Shown piece by piece: positions 12,166 to 26,110 of a stretch of 64,000 bases of DNA (position 1 is its first letter; the number at the start of each line of letters is the position of its first letter). Source of the stretch: Pavona decussata (lineage: Eukaryota). The DNA lies in assembly GCA_977016875.1 (NCBI GenBank), contig CDRNST010000020.1, positions 5,890,001-5,954,000 of the forward strand, read 5' to 3'. The notes under the pieces were generated by a model that did not search any database, was not told the DNA's origin, and worked only from the letters and a program-made list of their open reading frames with translations. The translations under genes were made by a program, and so were the position numbers.

Positions 12166-13149
12166 TACCCAGTCCCAGTCCCATTCAGTCGAGTTGCTGT
12201 GAACCTTATTATGACTTGTCTTCGATGGCGGTGCCTCGTGTTGAAATAAACGTTGAAATTTACTGGTAGTCTACATTCGCAGCTACAATAATATTGAAAA
12301 TCTCTGACCCTTTTAATCTAGTTTTGTTCAAACTGGATGAACTGTAACTCACCTATATATTCTAACGGAAACTGTAGCAGCAGCTCTTTTGGTTGAACCT
12401 TGTTCTTTAATGAGATAGAGAAAACAAATATTTTAGGGTATCACACCATTACATGAGAAATAATAAGCTGCGTTTTTGCATATTAACAGTATTTTCAGTG
12501 TGAAATGCACTGCGCAAGTCTCTTATTTGTTCAGCCAAACAATTACTTAATTTTTTGTCTTTATCGATGAGAAAAATTAAAACCAGTCAAACTCAAATGT
12601 GTTTTGGATACTTCTATAATTAGTTCTGATAGGTAATAATACACTTTTTTTAATAAGAAGAAATATCCGTACTTTATCTTTCATCATTTCCAATTCCTGT
12701 CGCAGTGAGGAAATCTCTCTTTCCTTTGTTTTCAGCAGTTCTTGTAACCTCTCCCTTTCTTCCTTCTCTCTGGATTCCCTTGTTTTAGCTCTCTGTTTTC
12801 TGCATCCAACTTTGCCATCTCCACTTCATAATATCTGCTCGTGCCCTCCAAGGTTTTCTCTAGCTGTTGTTTTTTTCCTTCTTAGGCCTTCCAAATCTGT
12901 AGGAAAAAAGCGTCCCGTACTGGCCATTATTAGCCATTATAAAACTAATTTGTTCAAGGCAGTCTGCGCATGTGCCTTGCACTTCAAGTAGTTAATTAAA
13001 AGCACGGGAGTCAAAACGCTGTGATCCAAGGAATAATATGAAACATTTTTCGTGTAATTCTAAAAGGTTGCATGACAAATAAATTTAGACATATCTGAAT
13101 CAGATTTACTGGAAATGGCCTAAGAAGGAAAACACTTTTCTTGAGATAC

Positions 13150-14892
13150 ATCGGTCTCCATAACTTCCAATCCTGTCTTTCACGTTGATCAATCTCTATG
13201 CTCCGAACAAAGAAGACCCTTGTTTTTTTCAAAATATCACAAACCGAATGCTTGAATTTGATTGTGACAACATTGTCATGGGCGGAGATTTTAATTTGAT
13301 TTTAAATTCTGAATTGGATAAACAGGGTGGCCGGGCTAACACCTCTCACCTGAAGGCGCTTGCTGAAATAAGAGAAGTCCAAATTAACCTTGACCTAGGT
13401 GATATCTGGCGTGATGAAAACCCGCTCGTTATGAGATATAGATGGAGAAGACGTAATCCTGACATATCTTGCCGGCTAGACTTTTTTCTCATCAGTCGTG
13501 GTGTATATAGCAAAGTGACCAATTCGGATATTTACCTGGGTACAAAACCGACCATTCTATGATTACCCTTAGTTTAGGTGTCACCGAAAATCCCAGAGGT
13601 CTGGGCCTATGGAAACTCAACACCTCTTTCCTTTCAGATATAGAGTACATGGATCGAAGTAAAATGGTTATCTCTCAGACATGTGGAGATTATAAAGATG
13701 ACGATAACGTTGACGACACCTTGCTCTGGGAAATGATTGAACTTAAAGTCAGAGAGGCATCAATTTTTTATGGAAAAGAAATAGCTGCCTATAGGAGAAC
13801 AAAAGAAAACAGACTTTATGCAAATTTAACATACTTAGAGAAAAAAAATTGAAGAGCCATTGCCCCCTCAGTTTAGAGAAGAGTTTAGCCAACAGTTGAT
13901 CGAGACAAAAGAAAAAATCTACGAATATAAAACTAAGGGTGCCATCCTGCGGTCCAAAACATGTTGGTACAATAAGGGTGAGAAAAACTAAGTATTTTTT
14001 TAATTTAGAGAAGCGACACTTTAAACTCAAAGCTTTAAGTCAACTTTGTCGAGTCGATAATTCACCTTTATCCTCTGACCTTGAAATTCTTTAAGAATGT
14101 GTAAATTTCCATAGAGAGCCATATAGCAGTAAAACGTCACAAAACAGTCAAGGGGACCTTGAGTTCTTCCCAAGAGTAAATTGCAAGAGGTTGGATGAGG
14201 ACAGAAAAGTGTCTTGTGAAGGCCCTCTAACAGTTAGCAAATGCTTTGGGTGCGTTCAAGACAATGGAATCCAACAAGTCTCCTGGTTCAGACGGCTTCC
14301 CCGCTGAATTTTATAAAGTCTTTTGAAATGACATTTCTACCCTCTTTGTGAATGCTATCAACTGCTCTTTCCAAATAGGGCAACTTTCCGTGACCCAGAG
14401 GCAAGGCGTAATTTCTCTTTTACCAAAGAAAGACAAAAATCCTCTTTTCCTAAAGAATTGGAGGCCAATTACTCTTTTAAACTGTGACTACAAAATTGCA
14501 TCGAAAGCGATAGGAAATCGAATGGAACAGGTACTCCCTGAAATTATTAACAATGACCAGAGTGGTTATTTTTTAAAAGGACGCTCCATTGCAGAAAACA
14601 TTTTACTAATTTACAGAATAATAAATTTTGCAGACGACATGAATAAACCCGGTTTGTTGATGTTCATAGATTTTGAAAAGGCCTGGATTCGATCGAATGG
14701 ACTTTTATAGAAAGAGCTGTTGTTCAAATTATTTTATGATGATGCGTCGACCGCTATCCAGAACAATGGTTGGGTCTCAGAGCACTTCACTCTAAGTAGA
14801 GGGGTCAGGCAAGGGTGCCCATTGTCCCCTTATTTATTTATAATAGCAGTCGAGATATTTGCCAACTTCATTAGGACAGACAATGACATTAT
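13150..14892 (+). mobile_element. L1/Tx1-clade LINE ORF2 remnant (APE endonuclease + RT)
   Basis: INLYAPN, GGDFN, RLDFFLIS, LWKLNTSFL, KSPGSDG, KNWRPITLLNCDYKI, IDFEKA, GVRQGCPLSPYLF; many stops and frameshifts; truncated before YADD. Confidence 0.95.
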
Positions 14893-14894
14893 TA

Positions 14895-15270
14895 CCCGTA
14901 CAAAAAAGTGCAGAGAAATCTCGGGATTTCCCTAGAAAAACTGAGATTTCCCAAAAATTTTATTCCGAGAATCCTCGGGAAAAACGTTGCATTCTTTCGC
15001 GTTAATTTGCACAATATATTCACGGGAATTCCAAAGATTTCTCGGGAGCCTTCAAGAGGTAGAAAGTTTCTTTGATATTCACGTGATTTCCCAAGAATTC
15101 GCAAGAACCAAATTTAGCAATTTAGCAATTTGGGCACTGAAAAAATGTCACTAATTCTCGAGAATTCACAAGAGTTCTAGCAAATTCTGGAGATTTCTAG
15201 AGAGTTTACAAAAATTCTTGAGAATTGTTTAGATCTCTTACGAAATGCTAGGAATTCCCGGGAAAGCTTT
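14895..15270 (+). mobile_element. EnSpm/CMC-like transposon terminus with subterminal repeats
   Basis: TA|CCCGTACAAAAAAG cuts the L1 RT and is followed by ~370 bp of GAATTC(T/C)C(G/A)AGAA-like motifs in both orientations. Confidence 0.55.
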
Positions 15271-17229
15271 TTTGGAGGTCAGTCATCGATTCGCAGGAGT
15301 GACATTGATCTTAGTCACAGCGTCAATTAATCAAATCAAATTTCCCTCAAACAAGTCTTGCTGTTTCTCTGGTATTTATGGTACTTCATTATCAGTAGAC
15401 GTGCATTCTATGTTCTTCTTCCACAATTACTACAAAACAAACTGAAAGTGGTAATAATATCGGAAATCATTTTAATAATATATCTCTTATTTTTATGTGT
15501 ACAATACAGTGGCTTATTACGCATATCAAACTTATCTCCCACAAACGTGAACATTTGCTTAAATTTGCGTCTAGTCTGGCGCGGCCAAAATTTTTTGGTA
15601 TTACGCAAGCGCAAGAGGTTAGATGAAAACAAATAACATGGCGGCAATGGCGGCAGGGAGAGTTAAGAGGGAGATCATAGCATGAAAACGATACGCGGAA
15701 GAAGTCTTTTCATCAGAGCTTTACTGTAAAAAGACAAGAGTAAAAACAACCGACTGTAAACTATATCCCGTGGTTGTAACAGACGTGGACAAGGTCGGGA
15801 AGTGAAATTGGATTGGCTACAGTGAATGCTACGACGAGTGGCGGGCCTGTGAATCTGAAGACAACAATCTTTTCCAGCAGATGGAACTTCGTGTTTGTTT
15901 CTTCCCTCATAAATCCTGACTTTCCTTTTCAATAACGTATTTGTCAAGTTCGTGATAAAATATCTTCACCCCATATTAAAGTTTGGTCACGTCATTTGTT
16001 TATGATCCTTTTGCAACACCGAAACCTCCACTTTTCTTCTTGACTCTTTTGAGTTCTGCACACAGAGACCCACTCTTTTTTCGAAAGCCATTTATGATTT
16101 GGTTGTTCACAACAACACTACGAATGCCCGTCTCTTGAAAGATTTTCTCCACGATTGTAGCGAAGGCAGACTCGCCATTGCCCTCTTCATTCAATTTTGG
16201 CAATTGTGTAGAGGAGATAGCTGAAAGTTGAGTAAAAACGACCGGGATAAGATATATGCGAGATTAGCAATGAAAATTTAATTCATTATTTCATGTCCGA
16301 AAAAAACGAGACAGTTAATTTATTTAATTTCTTATGAATAGCTTACTTGTTGATACTGCATGTGAAGAAAGGTGGCGGATGGCCCGCAAATCCATTATTT
16401 TAATCATCCGATCCGCCTCCTACAGCATTCTAGGATCTGCAGAACAAAAATAATAGAAACAGCAGAAGCCCTCCAACTTCAACGGCGATTTGACCCACCC
16501 AAAATAGTCGAACACAAGCCGAATAATATACCAAAATAAAGGAAATTTTTCGATCTATCCGAATTTGTCGCTAAAATCGAGATCCGAGCATGCGTAGAAG
16601 AGTACGGACCCATTGTTTTTACACTGGCGTGAAATGACTTTTGATCGTCTTTAAATATTGCGTAAACTTGATTTTGACCCCTTAATTCTTAAGATTTTGG
16701 TATTTCAATCCATTTTATACAATAGCTTTAATATTCATTTTTTTAAATTCGTTGGTAAAACTGATCGCGGTTAAAATGTTTTTGAGTAATCTTGTAAAAT
16801 GTTTTAAATCTAAGGTGTTCCTGGGTCAGAAATTGGTGGGGGCGTGATCGCTGGAACTTGATATAAGCTTTTGTTAACACTGAGTTTGATATGGATACCT
16901 AATAAAAAAATGAAAATATGACATTATTTTTTGATTACTCCTGTTTGTAAAATCAGCATAAACATGATTTTAAAAATATTTGACTTGAAAACAAAATAAT
17001 AAATTTTCTGATTGAGTTTATAAGAGCAGCTTTTTCCGGAATTGCTTCTGCTGTCCTCTTATCATGAGATTAACTGCATCTTGGTCAGCCTGGAAATACT
17101 CTTTCATGATGCCTGGAATTACCAAGTAAACATTTTTTCAGCAAAAATGCATTTTCAAATGTCTAATGATCTTATGTTATTTAATCAGCAGCTGTCTGAG
17201 TTTCTTTATCCGTATATAGCCGACTAATA

Positions 17230-19555
17230 AAGAATCACATCTCTGGATAATTAATAAGTTATCGATGTCGATGGTTTAAGATTAATGAGTTACTTACAGT
17301 AGGTAATGGCAACACTTTCTTTGTTCAGGGCACCTCTCTCCTTCCCCTTTTGTAGGTTGCAGTTCGTCCCTTTAATTGAACTGGAGGCAAGCTCCATCTC
17401 TGTGAACAGTTTCCCTAGCAATGGCTTCAAGGCATCTCTGGGCTTTGAGTAGCATTTTGCTATCTCTTCAAGGGCATGCTATAAACAAAGAAGTAAACGA
17501 GCCATCTTTAGTGGGGCAATTAAATTGCGAGACTGGATAGAAAATTTCAAATGGTCCCTGGTAGGTAAAATCATGGACTGTACTGTCAGGATGTAGGTCC
17601 AGTTGCTAGAAGGATTTATAATAGGACCAGTTCAAAATACTGTGCACATAAAAACAGTTGAAACAGGACAAAATCCTTGACATATATTACTTTGAATAAT
17701 CTGCCCTTCAAATGAGTCGAAAATCAAATGTCGCTTGAATCATTGTGTGTCTGGCCTAAAGTGATCGCTCCACTTGATTTCAGTGACTACTTAAAATGAA
17801 AAAAAAAAAAAAGCTTTCCAGTCACAAAGGTGTCAGTTGTCAGTGGACTGCATAAATTCTTCTTTAAAGTTAAGTGACCCTGATTCATTTTTTCCCTTCA
17901 TTTGTTTGTTTAAATACAAGTGTATTAATTTGGAAGATTTTTCGGTCAGCAAAAAAAAATCTTGATAAACTCATATAAATATACTGGCTTACCTTACTGA
18001 AGCCATTGTACAACTCCGAATCTGCACTGTTATGTTGTCCCTGGCCATGGTCAACTCCTGGGGCAGCACTGTGAGATGTACCAGAGGGACGCACACCATT
18101 AAACTCGTGCCTGTTGATAAAGATAATAAATTGAGAAATCCAGGCAGATTAATAATAAATTTTAAGGCATTTCCGACTTGCCTTTTACTTTTGTTTCGAA
18201 ACGAGTCCTGGTGGACAAGCTTTCATGTAGAAATGAATTTGATCTGCTAGGCAATTTTACTTAAAGTAAAAGTCATTTCCACATGAAAGGTTGTGCAGCA
18301 TGACTGATTCTGAAACTGGATGTTCAGGTACTAGTACAACAACAACTCGGAAATAGCTTATTAATTCTCGCGATACATGAATGCACGGCAAAAAAGTAAA
18401 TGAAACAATTGGCTAAGAACTCCGAAAACATTTTATTTTAACCTGTTATTTGATAATGATACATGTAGTGCATAGAAACCTTCAATATTCTAAAAATAGT
18501 TCTTTTATTAATTGTTTCCAGATCAATGTTACTTCATCTGCATCTTATTTAACAAAAGATTTGTTGAACATTTAAAAATATTAACATTTTATGCATCTAA
18601 AATTTATAATTTACCTTTACTTTCCTCTTTAAATGGCGCACCTTATCGTGTATTTACCTGCAATTTTACAAGCAGAGCTCCTCTTGCAACTCTTGAAAAC
18701 TCTCCATAGGTACAACTGCCGGAACTTTTAGAGTGCTTGATAAATTAAGGGGCTCAAAGCTGTCAAATTTATCTGCTTCATAGTGGTTTGTACTCAAACG
18801 CACATCTTGGAGCAAGGATGAAAATAAAGTTGGTGGTGTGGAATTGAATGATGGTGGAGGTGGCGTAAATTTTTCATGAGTGCTCTGCAGGGATGGGTGC
18901 AGTTGTTGGAATGGGAGCTGAACTGAGTACAATGGATCATGTTGTTGCTGTTGCATACTTTGAGGTTGACTACTCTGAAATAGCCCGGATCCAGTGTCCT
19001 GCAACATTTTTAGAGACCTTGCTGCCATAAAAGCCTTGATGCGCTCTTCTTGAGCAGACTTCTGGACATCCTTAGAGGCCTTAATAAATTATGAGGGAAA
19101 ATAAATATGATCACAAAAAGGAGGCATATTTTGGTAAGTTCTAAGTTTATGAAGCGAGTCCTGACAAATGCAAAACCTAAAAGGGGCTGCTGCTGACATA
19201 ATTATGAGAGCTAGGCCAGGCATCTTCTTTTTAGACATAGAATATCATACACCGGTTAAATACATGATGGCATAAAGAAAGCCACTGTTTTGAGATGCAC
19301 GCACCCAAAGGCCATTTTAATTTGCCTGATACTATTTATATTTTTACACTGGCAAATTGAAATGGTTGCCTTTCTGTATGTTATGATCGACTAAGAGCGA
19401 GTTTTAACTTAGTGCCGTAAGAACCACACAAATGATAACACTTGACCTTGGAAGGTACTTCCTTCTTCCTTTTTGCTGTCTTTTGTGTCCGTGTCTTGTC
19501 TTGTTTTGCTCCAGCAGTTTTTCCTAGCACCATCTTCCGCTTTTTGGCACCTGGC
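17230..19555 (-). pseudogene. Spliced BEN-domain accessory gene (probably transposon-borne)
   Basis: Exons at ~19553-19445 (basic), 19078-18612 (Q/P-rich), 18110-17992 and 17478-17297. The last encodes RDALKPLLGKLFTEMELASSSIKG...RGALNKEK, a BEN-like motif. Confidence 0.55.
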
Positions 19556-20501
19556 AGGGCAATCATATTTACAGAAAAAAAAGTTTGCACCGGAAATTAA
19601 TATAGAAATAAAGCTGGAGGTAACGTTGTAAGAAAGAAAGATTAACCACTGCATTTCACTTTAAAGAAATATGCATATTATTGCTGATCAATAATGATGC
19701 TTTGATAATTAACTTGATGGAAACATCACGTAAATTTTTCTAGCCTACACTAGCCTAGTTTATTCAAGTTCGTCATTTGCAGTCCTTGTTAATCTTTGCC
19801 ATCCCTAACGATCCTCATTCCGTTTTGATTTGTTCTTACCTCTTAAGTGTTTTCTACCCTAGAACACAATCATTTTAAGGTTTTATTCTAGTCAAAAGCA
19901 ACTCTTTACGACCCGAAAAATGACTCGTGGCGTTAAACTCTTAAAATGTTGTTTATTCTTGGGTTGCGTTATCGTTCAGACTATCGATGGTATTCCTAGA
20001 TTTTTTTGTGAAACAGCTATAAAAAGTATAACTGTGAAAATGCATTCTTCCTTTTTTTATTATTTGTTCCAAAATGTGCTTTTTGGGGGTGTTGTGAACC
20101 ACAATTGTCCAAAATGAGCTCCCTTGATTTTACACCAAAAAAGGAAAAAATTAGGATATATAGAAATTGTACATTTTGGGTTTGTATTCCATGAGAACAC
20201 AAATAAGCATATAGTTAACACTTGAAATGTACTTTATCATGTATTAATTGGAACAGAGGTCGTAGTGAATACTGAAAAAGTCCCATAACAAATATAGGAA
20301 TCTTATTATTCTAGCTTAACTTGATTAGAGTATAATAATTGTTCATTTCCAACTTTTTTTTATATTCAGTGGGATATAAAAGATACAACAGAGTAATTCC
20401 CAGGCAAAACTCCCCCAAAATATTTAACCATATAAAAAAATTAGCAAAAATGTATTAAGCGTCAAACTTTTCTTTCCGGCAAGCAATAAATGGTTGGAAA
20501 T

Positions 20502-21194
20502 ATCCTTCAGCTCTACAAACAAGTCATAAATTTATGAAATCCTTCAGCTCTACAAACAAGTCATAAATTTATGAAATCCTTCAGCTCTTCAAACAAGTCA
20601 TAAATTTATGAAATCATTCAGCCCTTCAAACATGTCATAAATTTATGAAATCCTTCAGCTCTACAAAAAAGTCATAAATTTATGAAATCCTTCAACTCTA
20701 CAAACAAGTCATAAATTTATGAAATCCTTCAGCTCTACAAACAAGTCATAAATTTATGAAATCCTTCAGCTCTTCAAACAAGTCATAAATTTATGAAATC
20801 ATTCAGCCCTTCAAACATGTCATAAATTTATGAAATCCTTCAGCTCTACAAAAAAGTCATAAATTTATGAAATCCTTCAACTCTACAAACAAGTCATAAA
20901 TTTATGAAATCCTTCAGCTCTACAAACAAGTCATAAATTTATGAAATCCTTCAACTCTACAAACAAGTCATAAATTTATGAAATCCTTCAGCTCTACAAA
21001 CAAGTCATAAATTTATGAAATCCTTCAGCTCTACGAACAAGTCATAAATTTATGAAATCCTTCAGCCCCACAAACAAGTCATAAATTTATGAAATCCTTC
21101 AGCTTTACGAACAAGTCATAAATTTATGAAATCCTTCAGCTCTACAAACAAATCATTACTTTAGAAAATACTTCAGCTCTACAAACAAATTACT
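20502..21194 (+). repeat. 37-bp minisatellite, ~19 copies
   Basis: Unit GAAATCCTTCAGCTCTACAAACAAGTCATAAATTTAT head-to-tail with no spacers; a 5-unit variant block is duplicated. Confidence 0.97.
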
Positions 21195-22383
21195 ACTTCG
21201 CAAACATAATAGGGTATTACAAGTCAGGTTGCCTATAACCTGACAGAACGCTTTGCTCGATACTAGAAAAAAACTCTTTTACTCCTGAAATTGAAAAATA
21301 TCTCAAAACGCTAAATTAATAGCTTAAGAAGTCATGTTTGCAAGCTTAAATTAACGACATGGTGACAGTTGATCCGAAGCCTTTGCCAGCGAGTTTTTTA
21401 AAATGCGATTGCATAAATCTATTGCCCCGAGGTACTTCGAACACGCATTGACTGGTTAACTACGTAGAAGTTTAGTAAGCATTAATACGAAAAAATGAAG
21501 CCCTGTCTTACGAAGCCGTGATTTGTGCAACTCTCGAAAATCTATGTAATGTCAGAGCGTGAGATCACTGAAATCGTAAAACGAGAGCTGTTGTCAAAAC
21601 CCTTGATTCGCTTCTTACTGTGCATGAGTGCTTCACAGAACGACCGCTGAAGGAAGACACGTGTAGTCTAGTAGGCTCAACCAAACGGAACTCAGCGCTG
21701 TAGCAAACGCCCCTTTTGAACTAAAATCTCTTTTAGCATTTTTTTCTTCCAGTAGTACTCAGTTGGAGCACCAAGGATGCAGAAGAAAGAAGTAGACGAC
21801 AACAAGTAGACTGATGTGTCAGAACTATGATGGAACAAGGATGTTCAGTTAAACAACCACAACAGCAACAACAATGAAACGTCACTTTAAAATATATGTT
21901 CATTATTGGCGTTACTAGTACAACTGCAATTTTTGTAATTCGTTCAACTTGTCAGAAAATATGGCCGACCTGTCCAGTAACAAAACAAGCGGTAATGATT
22001 AAGAGGCGATTAATAGGCGATCAAGACAGAATGGAAAATTTACAGTCTCAAACAAGTTTCGTAGTGCCAAGGACGGCACAAAAATTTAAAACACGTGCAT
22101 GAAATCCTATTGTTTACTGTAGCGTTGTCATTGCTGTCGTCGCCGTATCTGCTTGATAGGAACGACGTTCTAGTTAAGGCTTTCACCGCCGCACGTAATC
22201 CGTACAACCTTTAATTTGGTCACACAAGGCAAAGAAATGTACTGTGATTGTATAACACACATGCAAACCATTATGGCTCCTGTTTGTTCATAAAACTCGG
22301 TTGTTTTTTAGAGTATTTGATCCCACAGCCGTGTAAAACGCCTATCTTGTAAGTTAAAAAAAATTGTTGGATTTAGTTATTGG

Positions 22384-25300
22384 TTAGTATGCATATCTAC
22401 TCATTTACTGCACTATTTCTTGTTTCCTCTAGTCCATAAACTCATTTGAGTTCCTGTACCGTTGGACTGCGAAGTTTTCCAGTTGGCGTCAACTGGAAAT
22501 CGAACAGTACAACGGCCAATTTATCGACTTTTTCCTTCCACTCAAGGTTTGCGTGGCCCACTCATCGTTTGCAGATGGTCCATGGGGTAGTCCAATAACC
22601 ATACAGCCAGGTGATGCTTAACTTCTCTCCTGAGACAGTGTCTACTCGTGCAATCAGGGGTCTCTCATTGTACATCTCCAATTCCAACGCTACCAGCATC
22701 CCCGCCTCCACACTCTCTCTGCTTTCGTTTTGCAGAATCTGCCTCTGCACCTGGCCTGGCCTTCTGTATGATCTCGTGTACACCTGAGGCAAAGTCTGAA
22801 CAGCATATGTGAGAGATCCTAAAACAGACCAAAATATGTTAATCCGTCCAACAGAAATATTCAATAAAAAGGAAACTATCTAGTGAACAACGAAAGAAAA
22901 TAGATTTCTAGATTTTTGCTTCAATTTCCTCATCAGTGAGTGCCACGATGAAAAAATAACACAGCTGTTAAATTTATCTTTGCCTGCGGTTAAAAAAAAT
23001 CCCGCCTAATCGAAGGTTACTGTTTATTGCATTGTTTACTGTGGCTCAAACGGTTTGCCTAACAAAGTATACAAAACTAAAAGAGATCAGTTATTCTTAC
23101 CGGTAACAAGCCATCCCCTCTTTCAAAAGCCTCACTTCTTCTCAGAACCTCGCTTAAAAGTATGTTGTTCCTGTTGCCTGGCCTTTCCCTCGCACGCAAA
23201 TCATCAACTATCCACTCTGCGTCGTCGCACGGTATGTAGGTGAAATCCTTTTTATAATACTTAGCTTTATCTGAGAAAAAAATGTGAACATGCTATTTGT
23301 ATTTGTATTTTGTAATATATGTCTTGTTTACTCACAACATCCTTGCGCTTGATTTATTTCAAACGTTTGTAAATCCTGTGCACAACGCTCAAAACAATTA
23401 TTTTCGCCTATCATATTTGTCACACAAAAAGTTCGATGGCTAATGGGTTGCAGTGTTTAACAAAACACCGATGGAAGCGAGCCTCCTAAGGTATCTGCAT
23501 TTTCCGCCGAAATGGTGAATTACGTGGCATATTTATCCTGCAGTTGGTTGTCTTTTCCCGCCGATGATAAAGAAATTGATTTTAACGCAAGTGATGGATA
23601 AAAATCTCACGTTTAGACCAAGCTAATGCAAAGTTAGGCAAGGAACAGCGAAACGTGTTCCTCCAAGTTGGATAATGATGTTTTATCGTTCAGCCTTTTC
23701 TTGCCCGTAACATCAATTTTCATGTAGGTGAAAGAATGAATTAAGGTAAATATGACAGCAATTTGGCAATTTCTATTTGCACAAGTGTGCTTTTAACTCA
23801 CCATCATTCCTTTCATACATCATTTCCACGGCTTTGTCATAGCCACTGGCAGTTCTTTCTTCTTCTTCAAGGAAGGGCAGCCACTCTCTTTGTTCCACAG
23901 AATTGTAGATGCCATTCCTCACGCACTTCTCTACCATACTTCGGAGTCTATTGAAGTCCACTACATAATTTGGCTTTACTATGTTCGGCACACCCTCTGG
24001 AAGGTTACCATCAAGTAAAACAACTGGCTCCACTGAATGGTACACCACGCTTTAAAATTCAGCACAGCCTTTCCGTTTTTGTTTTGTTCAATCACAAAGT
24101 TGTGGAAGCTGTTGAGGCCATGTATTTGCTTCATGTGGGAAGAAGCCATTCATGAACAGCATACAAATGTGAAATTGTGGCATACTGTGGTTTCGCTCCT
24201 TCCTGAGTGGTTTCCCCCTGATTCTGAGTGTAGCTTCGCTGAGGCGTAAGGCAGCCTGACTTCTCTGTTGCCACAGAAATGCGTGAGAACATTTGATCTA
24301 CATCGATATGAGTGTGTCCAACTGGCAAAAAGGAAATTTCAATCTGAAAAACATTTCAAAATTGTTAGCAAGCTTTAATCACAAAACAATTGAAATTTGA
24401 TAGTATCCTAACTGACAAATTTTGCACAAAATGAGTTACTGAAAGCTGAATTGAAGAAACTCTTGCAATATCGTTCAGAACAACTGAGCAATTTTTTGAC
24501 TTGTTTAATCAGTTTGCCTATTGTCAGGGCCGTAGTAAGCAGCACGTGTGCCTATTAAATATGAGCATTCCTTTTATGATTTTGCAAGTTGTTAGTTTTT
24601 ACCCCCACTATATGGAAACAAAGAAATTTGCTTCTACAAATGCACTAGTCTCGTAATTTCTGCGTGCATGATAGGCACGAGAAAGAGATAGAGAATATTA
24701 CATTGCCGCGGGGAGATACGAAATGTCTCTTCGAGTGTTGAAAAATATTTCACTAATGAGCGCAGCGAACAAGAAATTTTGTATCTCCAAGCAACCATGT
24801 AATGTTCTTTTTTTTACAACAAAAGACGCTTTTATTGTTTATTTGAAAAAAATAAGGTCGAGAATTATATCTCACATGTGTCCTATCAGCGATATCACCA
24901 CTTGCGGGATAGCGTTTTTATCGATTTTCTACCACTCGGTATACCACTAACTTTTATATAATAAAAATGGTTAAAAAACTGGCGCCAAAGTTATATGAGA
25001 ATGATGCATTTCTCACCTTGTCAAAGACTTCTGTCTCGACGAGGTACCCCAGGAAGCAAAAAACATATTGATTCTTGGTTTCTCTTGCCGTGTTGTTCAA
25101 CTGGATGGCAACTGAACTGGGCAGTAGATCTTGATGTAACCAAAGAGTCTTAACCAGAAAAACGCACAAACAAACAACATCAATTTTTTGTGCTACAACA
25201 ATGACAGACAATCCACCAACAGATTCTAAATTCCTCTTGTAAATTTAAAACAATTGGATCTCATCCGGGCAAGTTTAAGCCTGACTTCCTTTGTTTTGTA

Positions 25301-26110
25301 CTTGGCTCCCGTATTTGCAAATAATGATTTAAAAGTCTTAAAAAAAGGAATAAAATTTTTAAAAGTAAAAAAAAAGGAAAGAAGCTTATCGAAAATTAAT
25401 AATATACTATCCCTTACCTGCAAAAAGGTATTGATAAGAAGGTTTAATGTCGTGCGGATACTGGTGGTAATCTAAAAATCATATGGGATGTCTTTCGTGA
25501 ATCAGCACCCCAACCAGGTGAACCCTAAGATGCCACGCTTTCTGTGTTGTTCCATATCGAGCTCTTGAGAAGGGCAGTTCAGTCTTAGTGGTGTCCATCC
25601 CGTCGATAGCGACAGAGAACAATTCGTGAGGATGATGTTGGGCGTGTGAAGCGCGGCTAGAATAGGCTCTTCTTTCCTCCCTGCAAGTATTTTAGACGCT
25701 ATTTCAGTCCTTTGTTTTGTTTTTGTTTTTTTTGTTTTTTGCAACTTTCGCATTATTTAGTTCAGCAGTGTTGGACCAAGAAACACAGATGTTTAACACA
25801 ATTTCATATGAGACACGTAAGATAATTCAATAAACGCTTCAATGAAAGAATGTGGTTTCTGGGTTCCTGCTGTTATTATGCTCTACCTTTTAGGAAGATA
25901 TTTGCAAAATCTATATTGACTTTGCTCTAAAAACAAGATTAAAAAGAAAAGCTATTTCTGCTAGGGAAACTGGCTGGACGATACTTGCCTGACCCACACA
26001 ATATGGCCCTTTCGTCGTTCTTCTAATGCTGCTTTCTTTGTAGGATTTGTTGTTCCCCTGATTTCCTCTTTAAGATAACAGCAAGTATTGCACTTGCTAA
26101 AACGGTTTTC
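22384..26110 (-). pseudogene. Spliced Sola1-like (DUF7869-type) DDE transposase
   Basis: Exons encode RFSKCNTC...RKGH, AIDGMDTTKTELP...VHLVGVLIH, IQLNNTARETKNQYVFCFL...LV and IEISFLPVGHTHIDVDQMFSRIS, with C-terminal exons at ~23270-23100 and ~22818-22384. Confidence 0.7.
24688..24950. repeat. Short hairpin-type non-autonomous element in a transposase intron
   Basis: AGAATATTACATTG..GGAGATACGAAAT...AAATTTTGTATCTCC..CATGTAATGTTCT inverted arms around GAGCGCAGCGAAC. Confidence 0.45.

Noticed and set aside
12280-12900. Possible minus-strand exons (charged coiled-coil)
   Set aside because: Low complexity, disrupted, and no recognisable motif.
20502-21194. CRISPR array (37-bp partly palindromic repeat)
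   Set aside because: Units are contiguous with no spacers, there are no cas genes, and the context is eukaryotic.
14895-21214. Single EnSpm element bounded by TA|CCC ... GGG|TA
   Set aside because: The ends share only CCC, and the interrupted L1 RT does not resume after 21216.
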